From contig JAYEJO010000095.1 of the NCBI GenBank assembly GCA_034660595.1, positions 1 through 37,929 of the forward strand: a DNA stretch of 37,929 bases. Reading direction: 5' to 3'. Under the pieces are notes generated by a model, which was not told the DNA's origin, searched no databases, and saw only the letters and a list, made by a program, of their open reading frames with translations. Below, one piece after another: positions 36,475-37,929 of this stretch; within the stretch, counting starts at the first letter, position 1; every line of letters starts with the position of its first letter. Made by a program: the position numbers and the translations under genes. The DNA comes from Candidatus Caldatribacteriota bacterium. GTDB lineage: Bacteria; Atribacterota; Phoenicimicrobiia; Phoenicimicrobiales; Phoenicimicrobiaceae.

Positions 36475-36580
36475 AGTTAGTTGGTTACCTGGTTAGTTAG
36501 TTAAAACAGACTTAATTAGTTTTTTGCTTCTTGTTTTTTTTATAAAACCAATTAACCAAGTAACTAGCTAACCAAATAAC
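36475..36580. repeat. Inverted octamer arrays between uxaE and the SDR gene
   Basis: ttagttgg-ttacctgg-ttagttag ... accaatta-accaagta-actagcta-accaaata. Confidence 0.8.
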
Positions 36581-36585
36581 AAAGC

Positions 36586-37929
36586 TTATGCCCCTAAAAG
36601 TTCTAAGTGTTTTTTTATATGATTAGAAAGTTCCCGGTAATGGTCTTCCTCATACTGAAATAATATTTTATAAATTCTGTCTTTAAAGATATATTTTCCC
36701 TCATTATCCTTTATCTTTAGAATAGAACCATAAGTTATGTGGATAAGCTGACGAGAATCTGGCTCATTAAAAAGGTCAACCAATTGCTCATCAGAAAGTT
36801 TATCTATATTCGGAACACGTGAAAGGTCGGTAGTTAAATTATAAGATGCTCTATCTTTGGCAAAATTCTCCAAAGCAAAACGATGAATCTCTCGATAAAG
36901 AGCTGGGTCTTTCATGGCAACCACTTTTACTTCCTCTAACCAGCTGGTCCCGGCTGTTTTTATATGGCAAAGACCGTCTGTCCCCCGGGAAAAAATAGGA
37001 TAAACTGAAAATTTATCACTCCCGGTGTGAAGAGAAAGTTTGTATCCTCCAATATTTTTAGCGATAGCTGCATGTAAAGAAAATTCCCCGGTAAATTCTT
37101 CTACATTTCCTATGTATTCTATCCCCTTTTGCCAATCTCCCAAGAAATGAAGGGCCAAGTTCTGAAAATCTACCCCTCTTCTTTGAAGCTCCAAAACAAT
37201 AAATAAATGGGCTAAAGGAGAAGTTACTGTGGGAGTTTCGTCTACGGAGATCTCCAAATCAAAATCATCCTTCTTATAACTCTTCAAAAATTCGTAACAT
37301 TTCACCACATGATTTAAGGCTTCAGAATAAGTTAATATAATTTCAGGCAAAGAATTATCATTAAACATCAATCTCTGCCCGGTAAAATTGTAAGTCTTGT
37401 TTAAATATAATCTTTCTAAATCTTTTCTCTCAGATATTTGTTCATAGAGATTGTTTATCTCTTTTTTATTTAATTTTAGTAAATCTTTTCTAATATAATC
37501 GGAAGGGTCTAAAGTGAACATGGTGAAGCTGCAATCTGCTGCTTCTTTTAACTCTTTAGTATCTTTTACGTGGTCGGCATCAGCCCCAAAAGGACCAATG
37601 TAGCCCTCCTCAAAACAACCCCATATTGTATCATCTAAAACTTTCTGCCAGTTTCTCTCTGTTCGAGCCATCTCTCTTACCGATTGCTGGGCTAAAACAG
37701 GGAAAATATCTTTATCTTTAAAGGCCCGGATATGGGCCGGTGTAGCTATCCCCAAACGGTCTCCTGTACCAAAAGAAGCTCTAAGGCCGCAAAAAGAAGG
37801 ATTAAGATGAGGAAATATTTCTCTTAACAGAGATAAATTATGGTGATTCAAAGAGCATTTCTTTATAATCAATTTATTCTCGCCTACTTCGTCTACTTTT
37901 TTTTCTTCCAAAATGCTACCTTCAAATTT
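36586..37929 (-). CDS. uxaE: Tagaturonate/fructuronate epimerase (5' end lies beyond the window)
   Basis: SFGTGDRLG, AQQSVRE, GADADH, EISVDET, KLSLHTGSDKF, HIKTAGTSWLE, RQLIHITYG; frame open to 37929. Confidence 0.93.
   Translation of the reverse strand, partial: KFEGSILEEKKVDEVGENKLIIKKCSLNHHNLSLLREIFPHLNPSFCGLRASFGTGDRLGIATPAHIRAFKDKDIFPVLAQQSVREMARTERNWQKVLDDTIWGCFEEGYIGPFGADADHVKDTKELKEAADCSFTMFTLDPSDYIRKDLLKLNKKEINNLYEQISERKDLERLYLNKTYNFTGQRLMFNDNSLPEIILTYSEALNHVVKCYEFLKSYKKDDFDLEISVDETPTVTSPLAHLFIVLELQRRGVDFQNLALHFLGDWQKGIEYIGNVEEFTGEFSLHAAIAKNIGGYKLSLHTGSDKFSVYPIFSRGTDGLCHIKTAGTSWLEEVKVVAMKDPALYREIHRFALENFAKDRASYNLTTDLSRVPNIDKLSDEQLVDLFNEPDSRQLIHITYGSILKIKDNEGKYIFKDRIYKILFQYEEDHYRELSNHIKKHLELLGA

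Noticed and set aside
33680-36580. Repeat arrays as a possible CRISPR
   Set aside because: Units are 7-8 nt, tandem, without unique spacers; no cas genes in the window

Overview
AT-rich bacterial window with almost every gene on the minus strand, devoted to sugar, polyol and sugar-acid metabolism. The style suggests an anaerobic fermenter such as Atribacterota, but that is inference only. In minus-strand transcription order it holds: (1) a hexuronate/gluconate block (uxaE, fructuronate reductase SDR, gnd, LarA-family epimerase, AfuABC/FbpABC-type ABC transporter, PPi-type phosphofructokinase, HAD protein); (2) an inositol/di-myo-inositol-phosphate (DIP) block (MerR, ATP-type PfkB kinase, bifunctional IPCT/DIPPS, CUT1 ABC transporter, EndoIV-fold metalloenzyme) with a divergent PPi-type PfkB kinase; (3) a LacI-controlled alpha-glucoside block (ABC transporter, GH65 phosphorylase, beta-PGM); (4) a second PPi-type PfkB kinase, an alpha/beta hydrolase, a cation:proton antiporter and a K+-independent membrane pyrophosphatase; (5) an IclR regulator. 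The best candidate for a new system is a MerR-regulated DIP/inositol import, hydrolysis and resynthesis cycle inside a pyrophosphate-centred metabolic region. Intergenic DNA carries GTAG-type REP palindromes, a nested MITE-like element, inverted 7/8-mer tandem arrays abutting stop codons, and orphan Shine-Dalgarno motifs plus 3' hairpins bracketing all three solute-binding-protein genes. No rRNA, tRNA, CRISPR array or transposase was seen. Family assignments come from motif recognition and recall, not database searches.
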